From: an uncultured Candidatus Entotheonella sp.
Lineage (GTDB): Bacteria > Tectomicrobia > Entotheonellia > Entotheonellales > Entotheonellaceae
Length of the DNA: 64,000 bases
Reading direction: 5' to 3'
NCBI GenBank assembly: GCA_965215335.1
Contig: CBDCDA010000001.1
Location: 480,001-544,000, forward strand
A program made the position numbers and the translations under genes. Numbering within the stretch: position 1 is the first letter of the stretch; each line of letters starts with the position of its first letter. The notes under the pieces are model-generated. The model made no database searches. It worked only from the letters and a program-made list of their open reading frames with translations, and had not been told where the DNA came from. Positions 39,224-50,077 of the stretch are shown piece by piece.

Positions 39224-39400
39224 GTGAAGAATTTCTGGTATCTGTTTTCCGCATATACGATCATCTGGACGGTTCTGTGGGCTTACGTCGTTTATCTGTC
39301 GCAGGCCAACCGTGCTCTGAAACAGGATATCGAGGCCCTGCGAGCGCAATTGGAGAACGCAATCGCCGCTGACGATGCCTCCGAAGAGAGCGGCGTATAG
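39224..39400 (+). CDS. ccmD: CcmD family protein
   Basis: Not in the ORF track. MKNFWYLFSAYTIIWTVLWAYVVYL plus a charged helix, directly after ccmC. Confidence 0.85.
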   Translation: MKNFWYLFSAYTIIWTVLWAYVVYLSQANRALKQDIEALRAQLENAIAADDASEESGV

Positions 39401-39409
39401 TCGAGTTGG

Positions 39410-41119
39410 GTGACAACCGAGGGAAACGGAAGGGGAACGACCATGATCCGGCAAGCGTTCACGCAGCTTCGACAGGAACAGGAAGACTGGGCCGAGCAGA
39501 CCTTGCGGCCAGCGCTTGAGAAACTTCCCTCTGATGGCCAGCCCACCACGTTATCCGGCATACCCTTGCAGCCGCTGTACAGCCCCGTGGATTTTTCGGA
39601 CGACACCTATCCGGATTCCCTCGGATTCCCTGGTCAAAGTCCCTACACCCGCGGCGTTCAGCCCACCATGTACCGGGGCCGCTTGTGGACGACCCGAATC
39701 TTCTCCGGGTATGGCTCGGCGGCGGAAACCAACAAGCGTTACAAATATCTGCTCGCGCAGGGAAGCGGCGGCCTGAGCGTCGCCTTCGATCTTCCTACGT
39801 TGTATGGCTACGACGCCGACCATCCCATGGCCGCCGGCGAAGTCGGCAAATGCGGCGTCTCGATCTGCTCACTCGCCGACATGGAAGTACTTTTCGACGG
39901 CATCCCCCTGGACCAGATCAGCACGTCCATGACGATTACGTCCACCGCAGCCATTGCCTTGGCCATGTACATCGCGGTTGCCGAAAAACAGGGCGTTTCC
40001 CCTGACAGGCTGCGGGGCACGGTGCAGAACGACATCCTGAAGGAGTACATGGCGCAGAAGGAGTGGATATTTCCGCCGCGCCCGTCGCTGAGGCTGGTGC
40101 GCGACGCCATCGTCCATTGCAGCACCCATCTGCCGGACTGGAATCCGATCAGTATCAGCGGCTATCACATCCGCGAAGCAGGGGCGACGGCCGCCCAGGA
40201 ATTGGCGTTTACGTTATATGCGGGCCTGACCTATGTGCAAGAAGTCATCGAGGCGGGACTCTCAATCGATGACTTTGCGCCGCGGTTATCCTTTTTCTTC
40301 GACATTCATAGTGACTTTTTTGAAGAGATCGCCAAACTGCGAGCCGCCCGCCGCATTTGGGCACGGGAGATCGAGCGGCGTTATCACCCGCAGAATCCCC
40401 GCTCGATGCTTCTGCGTACCCATGCACAGACCGCCGGCGTTTCGCTCTCTGCGCAGCAGCCGTACAACAACGTGGCCCGCGTAGCGCTTCAGGCACTGGC
40501 CGCCGTGCTGGGGGGGACCCAGTCGTTACACACGAACGCCCTGGATGAGGCCCTCGCCCTGCCAACGGAAGAAACCGCCCGCATCGCTCTCCGTACGCAG
40601 CAGATCCTCGCTCACGAGTCGGGCGCCGGCCAGTCGGTCGATCCCCTTGGCGGATCGTATTTCCTCGAGACGCTGACCGATGACCTGGAACACGTTACTT
40701 ACGTGTATTTCCGGGAACTCGACAACCTGCAGGGTATGGTGCGAGCGATTGAACTCGGCTACCCGCAGCGAGAAATCAGTCACGCGGCCTATCGATACCA
40801 GCAGCAGGTGGAGAACGGGGAGGAATCGTTGGTGGGCGTCAATACGTATGCCGACGCTGACGACGTACCTTTGGAACTCCTTCAAATCAGCACCCAAAGC
40901 GAGCAGGCCCAGGTCGAGCGGCTACGGCAATTCCGTCAACGACGCGATCAGGACCTGATCAAGGAAAAACTGAACGCGCTGCGGGACGTTGCAGGCACCG
41001 ATGAAAACGTCTTTCCACCTATTTTGGAAGCGGTCAGAGCCTATGGCACCGTCGGGGAGATCTCAGATGTCTTGCGAGACGTGTGGGGCATCTATGAGGA
41101 GCCGGAGGAGCTTTTGTGA
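39410..41119 (+). CDS. B12-dependent acyl-CoA mutase large subunit (isobutyryl-CoA mutase-like)
   Basis: PYTRG, GLSVAFDLPT, QNDILKEY, ISISGYHIREAG, GGTQSLHTN; no B12-binding domain. Confidence 0.9.
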   Translation: MTTEGNGRGTTMIRQAFTQLRQEQEDWAEQTLRPALEKLPSDGQPTTLSGIPLQPLYSPVDFSDDTYPDSLGFPGQSPYTRGVQPTMYRGRLWTTRIFSGYGSAAETNKRYKYLLAQGSGGLSVAFDLPTLYGYDADHPMAAGEVGKCGVSICSLADMEVLFDGIPLDQISTSMTITSTAAIALAMYIAVAEKQGVSPDRLRGTVQNDILKEYMAQKEWIFPPRPSLRLVRDAIVHCSTHLPDWNPISISGYHIREAGATAAQELAFTLYAGLTYVQEVIEAGLSIDDFAPRLSFFFDIHSDFFEEIAKLRAARRIWAREIERRYHPQNPRSMLLRTHAQTAGVSLSAQQPYNNVARVALQALAAVLGGTQSLHTNALDEALALPTEETARIALRTQQILAHESGAGQSVDPLGGSYFLETLTDDLEHVTYVYFRELDNLQGMVRAIELGYPQREISHAAYRYQQQVENGEESLVGVNTYADADDVPLELLQISTQSEQAQVERLRQFRQRRDQDLIKEKLNALRDVAGTDENVFPPILEAVRAYGTVGEISDVLRDVWGIYEEPEELL

Positions 41120-41188
41120 CAAGACCGGCAGGCTGATTATCACCCAGCTCATGATCGTCGCCTTTCGGTAGCCGAAGAGCTCCCTGAG

Positions 41189-41217
41189 TTGACGTTGGCC
41201 GGCTGGCGGACTATAGT
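41189..41217 (+). promoter_or_regulatory. Sigma70-type promoter for tRNA-Met/tilS
   Basis: TTGACG-N17-TATAGT. Confidence 0.65.
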
Positions 41218-41257
41218 TTCGGCGGCTTTCCCCATCCTTTGTCCTCAGCCTTTTTCC

Positions 41258-41331
41258 GGCGGTGTAGCTCAGCTGGTCAGAGCATGCGGCTCATATCCGC
41301 AGTGTCCGGGGTTCAAGTCCCTGCACCGCCA
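41258..41331 (+). tRNA. tRNA-Met (CAT), elongator type
   Basis: GGCGGTG/CACCGCC acceptor stem, TGCGG-CTCATAT-CCGCA anticodon arm, GTTCAAGTC T loop. Confidence 0.92.
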
Positions 41332-41401
41332 TCCTCCCATTTCGACTCTTCCTCACGCCGGCGCCGGACGCCACGGATAGGCACGAATTGTCGAGGCAGC
41401 T

Positions 41402-42862
41402 ATGCTCGTCGCCAAGGTTCAGAGGTTTATCGAAGCCCATGAGTTGTTGCACCTCGGAGCCAAAGTCATCGTGTCGGTCTCCGGCGGTGCAGACTCCGTG
41501 GCTCTGTTGTCCTTGTTGCACCGGCTTGAATCGACCTACCGCCTGACGTTGATCGTTGCCCACGTCAATCATCAGATGCGCGGCAAGGAGGCCGTTCGAG
41601 ATGCCCGGTTTGTCGAACGCTACGCAGACAAATTGGGATTCCCCTTCCACAGCTTTGACGTCGACGTCCAAACCCTGAAACGACGCACCGGCTTGTCACC
41701 GCAGCACGCCGCCCGCCAGTTACGACATGATGCTCTGCAGGCGCTGTTCCGTTCGCTTGCCGCCACCCATATTGCCTTGGGCCATACAGCCGACGACCAG
41801 GCCGAAACCCTGCTCATACGGCTACTCCGCGGCGGCGGTCCTGCGGGCCTGGCGGGCATTCCGGCCAAGCGGATGCCGTTTATTCGTCCGTTGCTCCGGG
41901 TGCATCGGGATTCCATTCTGGCGTATCTCCAGACCGCTGGCATCCCGTGGGTGGAGGACAGCTCAAATACGAATCGAGGCTATTTGCGGAACCGGGTGCG
42001 CCTCGACCTGATGCCCATGTTGCGGGAATATCACCCACACGTTGCCCGGCGGTTGCAGCAGGTGGCCGACATGCTGCGCGCCGACAATGATGTACTCGAG
42101 CAGCAAACCGAGGCTCTGGCAAGACAGGTGCTGAACAGGGGAGTCGGCAAGGCGATGCTTGCCCTGAGGCGCGCGCCATTTACCGCTGCCCCTCTCGCCA
42201 TGCAACGCCGCCTCCTCCGTTACGCCATGGACCGGTTGCCCCTCTCGAACAATGCGGCCGGCTTTCGGGACATGGAAACGCTGCGGCGGTTCGTGATTGA
42301 CGGCGGCAAAGTCGGGCAGCGTTTAGCGCTGGCAGGTCGGTTGATGGCGGAACGGCACAGCGACGTCGTCCTGCTATGGCAGGCCAGAGCGCTGCCACCG
42401 ACTGCTGTATCCGTCCCCCTGCCAGTCCCCGGCACCCTCACCCTGCGCGATCTTGCCTTATCCCTCGCCGCCAGGACGCCTGCCCTCACCCGAGATTGGC
42501 AGGACCGGACACAACCTTACCGGGTCTTTGTGGACTTTGGCGCGCTTCCGTCCCCGCTGTCCATACGATTTCCCCGGCCTGGCGACCGCTTTCATCCCCT
42601 CGGGGCAGCAGGCTCCCAAAAGCTGCAGGATTTCTTTGTCAACCATAAAGTGCCCAAGGCCGCGCGGCCTTACGTTCCTCTGGTACTGACTGGAGCGGAA
42701 ATCCTGTGGGTCGTCGGATATCGAATCGCCGAACCCTTCAAGGTCCGGCCCGAAACACGGCGGATGCTGGAATTGGCGTGCAGTGAAGCAATCCGCCAGG
42801 GCGGGGCAGGGCACACGGAACCCCCGGCGTTGCTTGTCAAGAAAAGAACCGGTGTGTTATGA
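41402..42862 (+). CDS. tilS: tRNA(Ile)-lysidine synthetase
   Basis: SGGADS, HTADDQAET, IRPLL, EDSSN..RNRVR. Confidence 0.95.
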   Translation: MLVAKVQRFIEAHELLHLGAKVIVSVSGGADSVALLSLLHRLESTYRLTLIVAHVNHQMRGKEAVRDARFVERYADKLGFPFHSFDVDVQTLKRRTGLSPQHAARQLRHDALQALFRSLAATHIALGHTADDQAETLLIRLLRGGGPAGLAGIPAKRMPFIRPLLRVHRDSILAYLQTAGIPWVEDSSNTNRGYLRNRVRLDLMPMLREYHPHVARRLQQVADMLRADNDVLEQQTEALARQVLNRGVGKAMLALRRAPFTAAPLAMQRRLLRYAMDRLPLSNNAAGFRDMETLRRFVIDGGKVGQRLALAGRLMAERHSDVVLLWQARALPPTAVSVPLPVPGTLTLRDLALSLAARTPALTRDWQDRTQPYRVFVDFGALPSPLSIRFPRPGDRFHPLGAAGSQKLQDFFVNHKVPKAARPYVPLVLTGAEILWVVGYRIAEPFKVRPETRRMLELACSEAIRQGGAGHTEPPALLVKKRTGVL

Positions 42863-42926
42863 TGCGCGCATCGTAAATCGCTGATTAGGCGAGGCTTAAT
42901 TCATCCCGGCGGTTAAGGATCCTCTC

Positions 42927-44795
42927 TTGAGCCAATTCTATCAAAAGCTTGCACTGTGGTTGGTTTTCGGCCTCATCCTTGTCTTCACATGGAGTTATTT
43001 CAATACGGCGGGGCAGCCCATACAGGAAATCTCATACAGCGATTTTGTTGAGGAAGTACGGCAAAATCATGTCCGTGCGGTACACATTCAAGGCGAGGAA
43101 ATCACCGGAGAGTACGTCGGCGGCGAGGGGGCGGACGGCCAGTTCAAAACGTTTGCCCCGGAAGATCCGGACCTGATTCGCTTTCTCCGCGACAGCCGAG
43201 TCGTCATCGAAGTCGAGCCCCCGGAAAAGAATTCCTACCTCGTACAGTTCCTCCTGTCCTGGGCGCCGGTCATGCTCTTGATCGGTCTGTGGGTGTTCTT
43301 CATGCGACAAATGCAAAGTGGGGGCAGCAAGGCGCTATCGTTCGGAAAAAGCCGAGCCCGCTTGCTTTCCGAGCAGAAGAAGAAAGCCACCTTTTCTGAC
43401 GTCGCAGGTGCCGATGAAGCGAAAGCTGAATTGGAAGAGATCATTGATTTTCTGAAGGATCCGCAACGTTTCCAGAAACTGGGAGGGAAAATTCCCAAGG
43501 GCGTTCTGTTGATGGGCCCCCCGGGAACGGGCAAGACGTTGCTGGCGCGAGCGATTGCGGGCGAGGCGAATGTGCCGTTCTTCAGCATCAGCGGCTCGGA
43601 TTTCGTCGAAATGTTTGTGGGTGTGGGCGCCTCCCGCGTGCGAGACCTGTTCGAGCAAGGCAAGAAGCACGCCCCGTGCATCGTGTTTATTGACGAGATC
43701 GACGCGGTTGGGCGCCACCGGGGCGCCGGCTTGGGCGGCGGACACGACGAGCGCGAACAGACGCTGAATCAGCTCTTGGTGGAAATGGATGGTTTCGAGT
43801 CGAACGACGGGGTCATTCTGATCGCCGCGACGAACCGCCCGGACGTCCTTGACCCGGCTCTTTTGCGCCCCGGACGGTTTGACAGACAGGTCGTGGTGTC
43901 ACGGCCGGACGTGCGCGGTCGGGCCGGCATTCTGACCGTGCACACGAAGGACATTCCCCTCGCCAACGACGTCGACTTGGCGGTCTTGGCGCGCGGCACC
44001 CCGGGGTTCTCCGGCGCGGATCTGTCCAATCTTGCCAACGAAGCGGCACTGTTCGCCGCCCGGCATTACAAGGCCCAGGTCGACATGCAGGATTTTGAAA
44101 GCGCCAAGGACAAAGTCATGATGGGTGCTGAACGCCGCAGCATGGTCATCAGCGATGAGGAAAAGAAAGTCACCGCCTACCATGAGGCCGGCCATGCGCT
44201 GGTGGCGAAACTCCTGCCCGGCACCGACCCCATCCACAAGGTCACGATCATTCCGCGAGGCATGGCCCTGGGTGTTACGCAGCAACTCCCCGTGGAAGAA
44301 AAACACGCGTATCCACGTGAATACCTGGTGAACAACCTGCACATCTACATGGGCGGGAGGGCCGCAGAGGAGATCATCTTCAAGGACCCGACAACGGGGG
44401 CCGGCAATGACATCGAGCGGGCAACCGAACTCGCCCGCAAGATGGTCTGCGAGTGGGGCATGAGCGACCGCATGGGCCCCCTGGCCTTTGGGGTGAAGGA
44501 AGAACAGATTTTCCTCGGGCGTGAGATTGCCCAGCACAAGGACTACAGCGAGGTCACGGCCATTGCCATTGATGAAGAAGTCAAACGGCTTGTAAACAAT
44601 GGCTATGAGGGTGCGAAATCCATCCTCTCCGCCAACCTCCACATCCTGCATGCTCTTGCCAAAGCCCTCGTTGAGCACGAAGAACTGAATGCCGACGAAA
44701 TCGCCATACTTGTCGAGGAGTGCAGCAAGTCGAATAACGGCAGCGGCGGCGTCCCTTCCATGTTGCCGAATGCCTCCAACAATACGGTTTCGTGA
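42927..44795 (+). CDS. ftsH: ATP-dependent zinc metalloprotease FtsH
   Basis: [29 protein letters not shown]. Confidence 0.98.
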   Translation: MSQFYQKLALWLVFGLILVFTWSYFNTAGQPIQEISYSDFVEEVRQNHVRAVHIQGEEITGEYVGGEGADGQFKTFAPEDPDLIRFLRDSRVVIEVEPPEKNSYLVQFLLSWAPVMLLIGLWVFFMRQMQSGGSKALSFGKSRARLLSEQKKKATFSDVAGADEAKAELEEIIDFLKDPQRFQKLGGKIPKGVLLMGPPGTGKTLLARAIAGEANVPFFSISGSDFVEMFVGVGASRVRDLFEQGKKHAPCIVFIDEIDAVGRHRGAGLGGGHDEREQTLNQLLVEMDGFESNDGVILIAATNRPDVLDPALLRPGRFDRQVVVSRPDVRGRAGILTVHTKDIPLANDVDLAVLARGTPGFSGADLSNLANEAALFAARHYKAQVDMQDFESAKDKVMMGAERRSMVISDEEKKVTAYHEAGHALVAKLLPGTDPIHKVTIIPRGMALGVTQQLPVEEKHAYPREYLVNNLHIYMGGRAAEEIIFKDPTTGAGNDIERATELARKMVCEWGMSDRMGPLAFGVKEEQIFLGREIAQHKDYSEVTAIAIDEEVKRLVNNGYEGAKSILSANLHILHALAKALVEHEELNADEIAILVEECSKSNNGSGGVPSMLPNASNNTVS

Positions 44796-44855
44796 GAAGA
44801 CAGGGCAAGCCCTTTGGGTCGATCTGCCCGTGGAGGGGGAGGCGAGAGGCACCTT

Positions 44856-46238
44856 ATGGCCGCCAACCTGTTTGGCACAGATGGGGTTCGGGGCGTTGCG
44901 AACCTCGAGCCGATGTCACCGGAATCGGCTATGGCCATCGGGCGGGCGGCGGCTGAAACCCTGACGACTCCGAGCCATGAAGCGAGGGCATGCTTCGTTA
45001 TTGGGCGAGACACCCGTTTATCGGGGACGCTGATCGAGGCCGCTCTGACCGCCGGCCTATGTTCGGCTGGCGTTGACGTGCTGCAACTAGGCGTGATTCC
45101 ATCGGGCGGCGTTGCACATCTGACCCGGCAGCTGCGGGCCGCTGCCGGCATCATGGTTTCGGCCTCCCACAATCCTTATGCCGACAATGGAATCAAATTT
45201 TTTTCGTCGTCAGGGGCCAAGCTCAAAACTGACCTTGAGGAAGAAATCGAGGCCCGCCTGCAAGACTCACCAGATGCCCTCCCGCGTCCGACCGGCAAAG
45301 CGGTCGGTTGTTCCCAGCCTTATTTGCCTGCAGCCCAACATTACACCGATTTTCTGAAATCCACCTTCCGGGGCACATGCCCGGCACAACTTCGTGTTGG
45401 CCTGGACTGCGCGAACGGCGCCGCGTCCCATGTCGCTCCCGCGTTGTTTGAAAAACTGGGAGCTCAGGTTTTGGCGCTGCACACGGCACCGAACGGGGTC
45501 AACATCAATCAGCAGTGCGGCTCACTGCACCCGGAATCACTTCAGCAGCACGTGCTCGCCCGGAAACTGGACGTCGGGTTTGCCTTTGATGGCGACGCTG
45601 ACCGACTCACCGTGGTGGATCACACCGGCACAGCGCTCGACGGTGACAATATCCTCGCCATCTGCGCCGAAATGCTCTCAGAGGCTGGCCACCTCAGGCC
45701 TCGGACTGTCGTAAGTACTGTCATGGCCAACCGGGGCCTGAAGCAGGCCCTGCAGCATTTGGACTGCACGCTGCATACCGTGCAGGTGGGAGATAAACAC
45801 GTCGTGCACGGGATGCGGCAAACGGGTGCCGTCATGGGAGGGGAACCTTCCGGGCACATCATCTTTTCCGGACTTCTCGAAACGAGTGATGGATTGCTTA
45901 CGGCTTTACAACTCTTGCAGGCCATGCAAAAGAGACAGACCGCCATGGCTGACCTCGCCCGAAGTTTTCACAGATTCCCCCAAGTGCTGACCAGCGTCAG
46001 GCTATTCAAGCGCTGCGACCCGCTGAGCCTTCCGGACGTTCGACTTGCCATAGACAATGCCGAACGGGCGTTAGGCGAGGCCGGCCGCGTGCTCGTCCGA
46101 CTTTCCGGGACGGAACCCGTCGTTCGCGTTTTACTGGAAGGGCCGGAGGCTTCGACACTCACGCCCCTAGCCAGCGACATTTGCCAGGCTATCGAGGCCG
46201 AACTGGGCGCGCCACAGAACCCGTTTGCAGATTGTTGA
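44856..46238 (+). CDS. glmM: Phosphoglucosamine mutase
   Basis: FGTDGVRG, SASHNPYADNGIK, FDGDADR, GGEPSGH. Confidence 0.93.
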   Translation: MAANLFGTDGVRGVANLEPMSPESAMAIGRAAAETLTTPSHEARACFVIGRDTRLSGTLIEAALTAGLCSAGVDVLQLGVIPSGGVAHLTRQLRAAAGIMVSASHNPYADNGIKFFSSSGAKLKTDLEEEIEARLQDSPDALPRPTGKAVGCSQPYLPAAQHYTDFLKSTFRGTCPAQLRVGLDCANGAASHVAPALFEKLGAQVLALHTAPNGVNINQQCGSLHPESLQQHVLARKLDVGFAFDGDADRLTVVDHTGTALDGDNILAICAEMLSEAGHLRPRTVVSTVMANRGLKQALQHLDCTLHTVQVGDKHVVHGMRQTGAVMGGEPSGHIIFSGLLETSDGLLTALQLLQAMQKRQTAMADLARSFHRFPQVLTSVRLFKRCDPLSLPDVRLAIDNAERALGEAGRVLVRLSGTEPVVRVLLEGPEASTLTPLASDICQAIEAELGAPQNPFADC

Positions 46239-46244
46239 AGTGTC

Positions 46245-46718
46245 ATGTCCCCTATTCTCGAACGGCGCTGGCACACATCGTGTACGGAAGAAACTAGGGC
46301 GTTGGGTGTTTACCTGGGGCACCGCGCTTGCGGCGGCGATGTCATTACATGCTCCGGACCGCTGGGGGCAGGCAAAACGACGCTTGTGCAAGGATTTGCC
46401 GAGGGTCTGGGCATCCGTTCCGCCGTCTACGTGCGCAGCCCGACATTCACCTTGGTAAATGAATACCAAGGCTCTGTACCCCTTTATCATTTCGACTTCT
46501 ACCGGCTTGCAAATCCCGGCGAAGTTTGGGACCTCGGCTTCGAAGAATATCTCGAGTCGGGAGGCGTCGTGATCGTCGAATGGGCCGACAAATTTCCATC
46601 TCTTCTCTCGGTATCACCACTCCAAGTTCGCATTGAGATCGCACCGTCCGACCGCCGCACCGTACAATGCACGTCGCATGACAATACCTACGCGAGGTAT
46701 TTCCGGTCTTCCTGCTGA
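46245..46718 (+). CDS. tsaE: tRNA t6A biosynthesis ATPase TsaE
   Basis: GPLGAGKTT, SPTFTLVNEY, HFDFYR, VEWA. Confidence 0.95.
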   Translation: MSPILERRWHTSCTEETRALGVYLGHRACGGDVITCSGPLGAGKTTLVQGFAEGLGIRSAVYVRSPTFTLVNEYQGSVPLYHFDFYRLANPGEVWDLGFEEYLESGGVVIVEWADKFPSLLSVSPLQVRIEIAPSDRRTVQCTSHDNTYARYFRSSC

Positions 46719-46733
46719 GAGGTTGTTCCACGG

Positions 46734-47291
46734 ATGAAATGGTATGTTGCGGGCGCCTTATGCGCGCTGGCGGTCGTGCTGACCCTCGGGGGCCACTTCC
46801 AGTTCTCGTTTCCCAGTCGCTCCGAGAAGCCCGAGCGTTCGGCTCCGTTGCCGAACGGCGGTCCGCCGAGCATGTGGGTGCAGGATGTCTTTGTTGTCGA
46901 ACAGGCGATTGCCGAAAAATCAAAATCATGGGAACTGTTGGCGAAGGAAATCGCATTTTACGACACCACACGGCTGGCGCTTGTGAAGCAATTGCAGGCC
47001 GAATTGTTTCCGCACGACGTTGAGCCGTTGCATTTGACCGCTGAGCGCGGCCGGATTAACAGTTCTACTGGAGACATGACCGTTGAAGGACGCGTCGTGC
47101 TTCGTCCCCTTTGGGGATACGACCTCGAAACGACAATACTCCATTGGGATGCGGCGAGCCGCAGGTTACACACGGACGCGGAAGTGAGGATCAGCACCGA
47201 AACGATAGATATTGTGGGCACGGGTTTTTCAGGCAGCGTGGATCAGCAACGCTTTGCTCTGCAACGACAGGTCAAGGTCTCTTTTCATTGA
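46734..47291 (+). CDS. lptC: LPS export protein LptC
   Basis: N-terminal TM plus beta-jellyroll-like region; upstream of lptA/lptB. Confidence 0.8.
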   Translation: MKWYVAGALCALAVVLTLGGHFQFSFPSRSEKPERSAPLPNGGPPSMWVQDVFVVEQAIAEKSKSWELLAKEIAFYDTTRLALVKQLQAELFPHDVEPLHLTAERGRINSSTGDMTVEGRVVLRPLWGYDLETTILHWDAASRRLHTDAEVRISTETIDIVGTGFSGSVDQQRFALQRQVKVSFH

Positions 47292-47323
47292 CCGAGGCGT
47301 TTGCGGCGGGTAGGAGGTAGAGG

Positions 47324-47854
47324 ATGCCATGGCGACGCATTGCCGTCCTGGTGGCGGCGGTAATGGCGCTTCCTGTATGCATCGCAAGTCAGACGCGATC
47401 TGAGAAGTCGCCCCTTTCGGAGCGTTTGCAACAATCGGACTGCGAAGGGCCCGAGGCCGCTTTGGACGTAACTTCGGAACAGATGACGTTCGACCGCGAT
47501 ACCCATACGTTCATATTCAGGAAAAAGGTCCGCGTAAAGCGCTGCAGCCTCACAATCGACTGCGACCATTTACGCGTCATCCAGGATGCCGATGAAAACG
47601 AGATCAAGCATATCATTGCCACGGGAAACGTGCGATTCCAGGATGGCGCCCAGCACGCCGTCGCCGAACGCGCCGATTACTACGAAGCCGATCAGAAGCT
47701 GGTTCTGGTGGGTAACCCCCGTGCCTGGGACAGCGACAAACAGAATGAATTGATTGGCGATGAGATTATCGTTTTCCTGGGAGAGGAGAGACTTGTCGTC
47801 AAGGGCGCCCGCGTCCGTTTCCACCCCGACCCATCGCCCGGCAGTGAGCCATGA
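47324..47854 (+). CDS. lptA: LPS transport periplasmic protein LptA
   Basis: Signal peptide, IIATGNV, LVLVGNP; precedes lptB. Confidence 0.82.
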   Translation: MPWRRIAVLVAAVMALPVCIASQTRSEKSPLSERLQQSDCEGPEAALDVTSEQMTFDRDTHTFIFRKKVRVKRCSLTIDCDHLRVIQDADENEIKHIIATGNVRFQDGAQHAVAERADYYEADQKLVLVGNPRAWDSDKQNELIGDEIIVFLGEERLVVKGARVRFHPDPSPGSEP

Positions 47855-48600
47855 AACCGCCGCAAGGACATCTGACAACACACGGAATCTGGAAAATGTA
47901 TCGGGGCCGTGCTGTTGTGCAGGACGTCAGCATCGACGTAAAGGCTGGGGAGATCGTCGGCCTGTTGGGACCCAACGGCGCCGGCAAGACGACGACGTTT
48001 TACACGGTCGTGGGCTTGATTCGCCCGGACAAAGGCACCGTGTGCCTGGAGGGGAAGGCGCTGACGCATCTGCCGATGCATCAGCGGTCGCGTCTGGGAA
48101 TCGGCTATCTGCCGCAGGAAGCCTCCATTTTTCGCAAGATGACGGTTGCCGAGAATATCCTGGCCATTCTTGAAACGGTTTCCGGCAACCGCGCTGAACA
48201 CCGACGACGACTGGAAGAACTTTTGACGGAATTCCGCTTGACAGCCCTGCGAGACACGCCCGGGCAGACGTTATCGGGGGGCGAACGGCGCCGGGTGGAG
48301 TTGGCCCGCCTGCTTGCCACATCCCCCCGTTTTGTCCTGCTGGACGAGCCCTTTGCCGGTATTGATCCGATTATGGTAAATGACATCCAGACCTTTGTTT
48401 CCACCTTGAAGAAGAAGGGGATTGGCATATTGATTACGGATCACCGGGTGCAGGAAACGCTCAAGATCACCGACAGAGCCTACATCCTGCACGACGGCTG
48501 CGTGTTGTATGACGGCACCCCCGTAGAACTGGTGGAAAATGCCGAGGTCAGGCAGATATACCTGGGGGAAGGGTTCAATCTGTCTTATAAGCTGTTATGA
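47851..48600 (+). CDS. lptB: LPS export ABC ATP-binding protein LptB
   Basis: [34 protein letters not shown]. Confidence 0.95.
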   Translation: MKPPQGHLTTHGIWKMYRGRAVVQDVSIDVKAGEIVGLLGPNGAGKTTTFYTVVGLIRPDKGTVCLEGKALTHLPMHQRSRLGIGYLPQEASIFRKMTVAENILAILETVSGNRAEHRRRLEELLTEFRLTALRDTPGQTLSGGERRRVELARLLATSPRFVLLDEPFAGIDPIMVNDIQTFVSTLKKKGIGILITDHRVQETLKITDRAYILHDGCVLYDGTPVELVENAEVRQIYLGEGFNLSYKLL

Positions 48601-48619
48601 GACAGCCTGAGGTCAGACC

Positions 48620-50035
48620 GTGGCACTGGAAGCAAAGCTATCGCTAAGAACTGCGCAAAGGCTGGTCATGACGGCGGCGCTGCAGCAGGCGATCAAACTC
48701 CTGCCGCTGTCGCGCCTGGAATTGATACAGAGAATCCAACAAGAAATGCTTGAGAATCCGTTTCTTGAGGAGGTTGCGACACATGAAGAATCTGACAGCG
48801 ACCTGGCAAAAAAGGAAACTGTCGAAACGCCCCTCGATGATGGACGCCAGGATTTTGAAACAGACTGGGAGGTCTATCTGCAGGAGGGGAACTATGAGAA
48901 TTTCCCCACCGAGAACGGCAGAGACGTTCCCTCACTCGAATCCGCACTAAGCAACGAAACCTCGTTAACAGACCACCTCATGTGGCAACTATCCCTGTCC
49001 GTGCAAAGCGGTTTGGAAAAGCAGATCGGCATTTATCTCATTGGCAACATCGACGACAACGGCTACCTGAACTGCCAGGCCGAAGAAGTGTCGGAAATTT
49101 TCGGAGTGCCATGCGCCGAGGTCGAAGATGTCTTGGAGGTCATTCAAGGCTTTGACCCTGCGGGGGTGGGCGCGCGAGACTTGCGTGAATGCCTGCTCAT
49201 TCAACTCCGGCAGCTCGATATGGAGGATTCCCTGGCGTCCTGTATCATCCGTCACCATCTCGATCAGATCGATGAACGCCACTTCAGGAAGATCGCCAAA
49301 GACCTCCGTGTCCCGCTGGAGGCGGTGCTCGCCGCGGTCCGGGTCATCCGTGAACTCGACCCGAAACCCGGCAATCGATACGTCCCCGGCCGGGTCGAGT
49401 ATATCGTGCCCGACGTATACGTCGTAAAGGTTGGAGACGACTACCAGGTCATGCTTAACGACGACGACGTGCCCAAGCTGAACATTAACGCGCAGTATCA
49501 ACGGCTGCTGCGCCGTGACAATGGGCTGCAAGAGGAGGCGAAGGATTATCTGGAAGAGAAGTTCCGGTCGGCGGTGTGGCTCGTGAAGGGTATCGAACAG
49601 CGCCGGCAGACCCTTATGAGGGTCTCCAGAAGCTTGTGCATGTTTCAACGGGATTTCCTCGACAAAGGCTTGGCGTACCTGAATCCACTGGTCTTGAAAG
49701 ATGTGGCTGATGACATCGGCATGCATGAATCAACGGTGAGCCGGGTAACGACGAACAAATATATCCATACGCCCCAGGGGGTCTTCGAGCTCAAGTTCTT
49801 CTTCCACAGCGGCTTGAAATCTTTCGAGGGGGACGCCATGTCCTCCGTTAGCGTCAAGGATACCATCCGCAAGATGGTAGGGGCCGAGAATTCCCGCAAA
49901 CCCTTGACCGACCAACAACTCGTGGCCATGTTGGAAGATAAGAACATCAATATCGCCCGGCGCACGGTTGCAAAATACCGCCAGGAGCTGCACATTCCGC
50001 CTGCCAGTCGCCGCAGGCGACTTTTTGACGCCTGA
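48620..50035 (+). CDS. rpoN: RNA polymerase sigma-54 factor
   Basis: LQQAIKLL, HESTVSR, RpoN box ARRTVAKYR. Confidence 0.97.
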   Translation: MALEAKLSLRTAQRLVMTAALQQAIKLLPLSRLELIQRIQQEMLENPFLEEVATHEESDSDLAKKETVETPLDDGRQDFETDWEVYLQEGNYENFPTENGRDVPSLESALSNETSLTDHLMWQLSLSVQSGLEKQIGIYLIGNIDDNGYLNCQAEEVSEIFGVPCAEVEDVLEVIQGFDPAGVGARDLRECLLIQLRQLDMEDSLASCIIRHHLDQIDERHFRKIAKDLRVPLEAVLAAVRVIRELDPKPGNRYVPGRVEYIVPDVYVVKVGDDYQVMLNDDDVPKLNINAQYQRLLRRDNGLQEEAKDYLEEKFRSAVWLVKGIEQRRQTLMRVSRSLCMFQRDFLDKGLAYLNPLVLKDVADDIGMHESTVSRVTTNKYIHTPQGVFELKFFFHSGLKSFEGDAMSSVSVKDTIRKMVGAENSRKPLTDQQLVAMLEDKNINIARRTVAKYRQELHIPPASRRRRLFDA

Positions 50036-50077
50036 GTTCCGCCGTCCCCGGTGCTCCAGATGCAGGTAAAGAAATCA

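Noticed and set aside
41258..42862. CAT-anticodon tRNA next to tilS as the tRNA-Ile2 substrate
   Set aside because: The GGCGGTG acceptor stem resembles elongator tRNA-Met; adjacency alone is not evidence.
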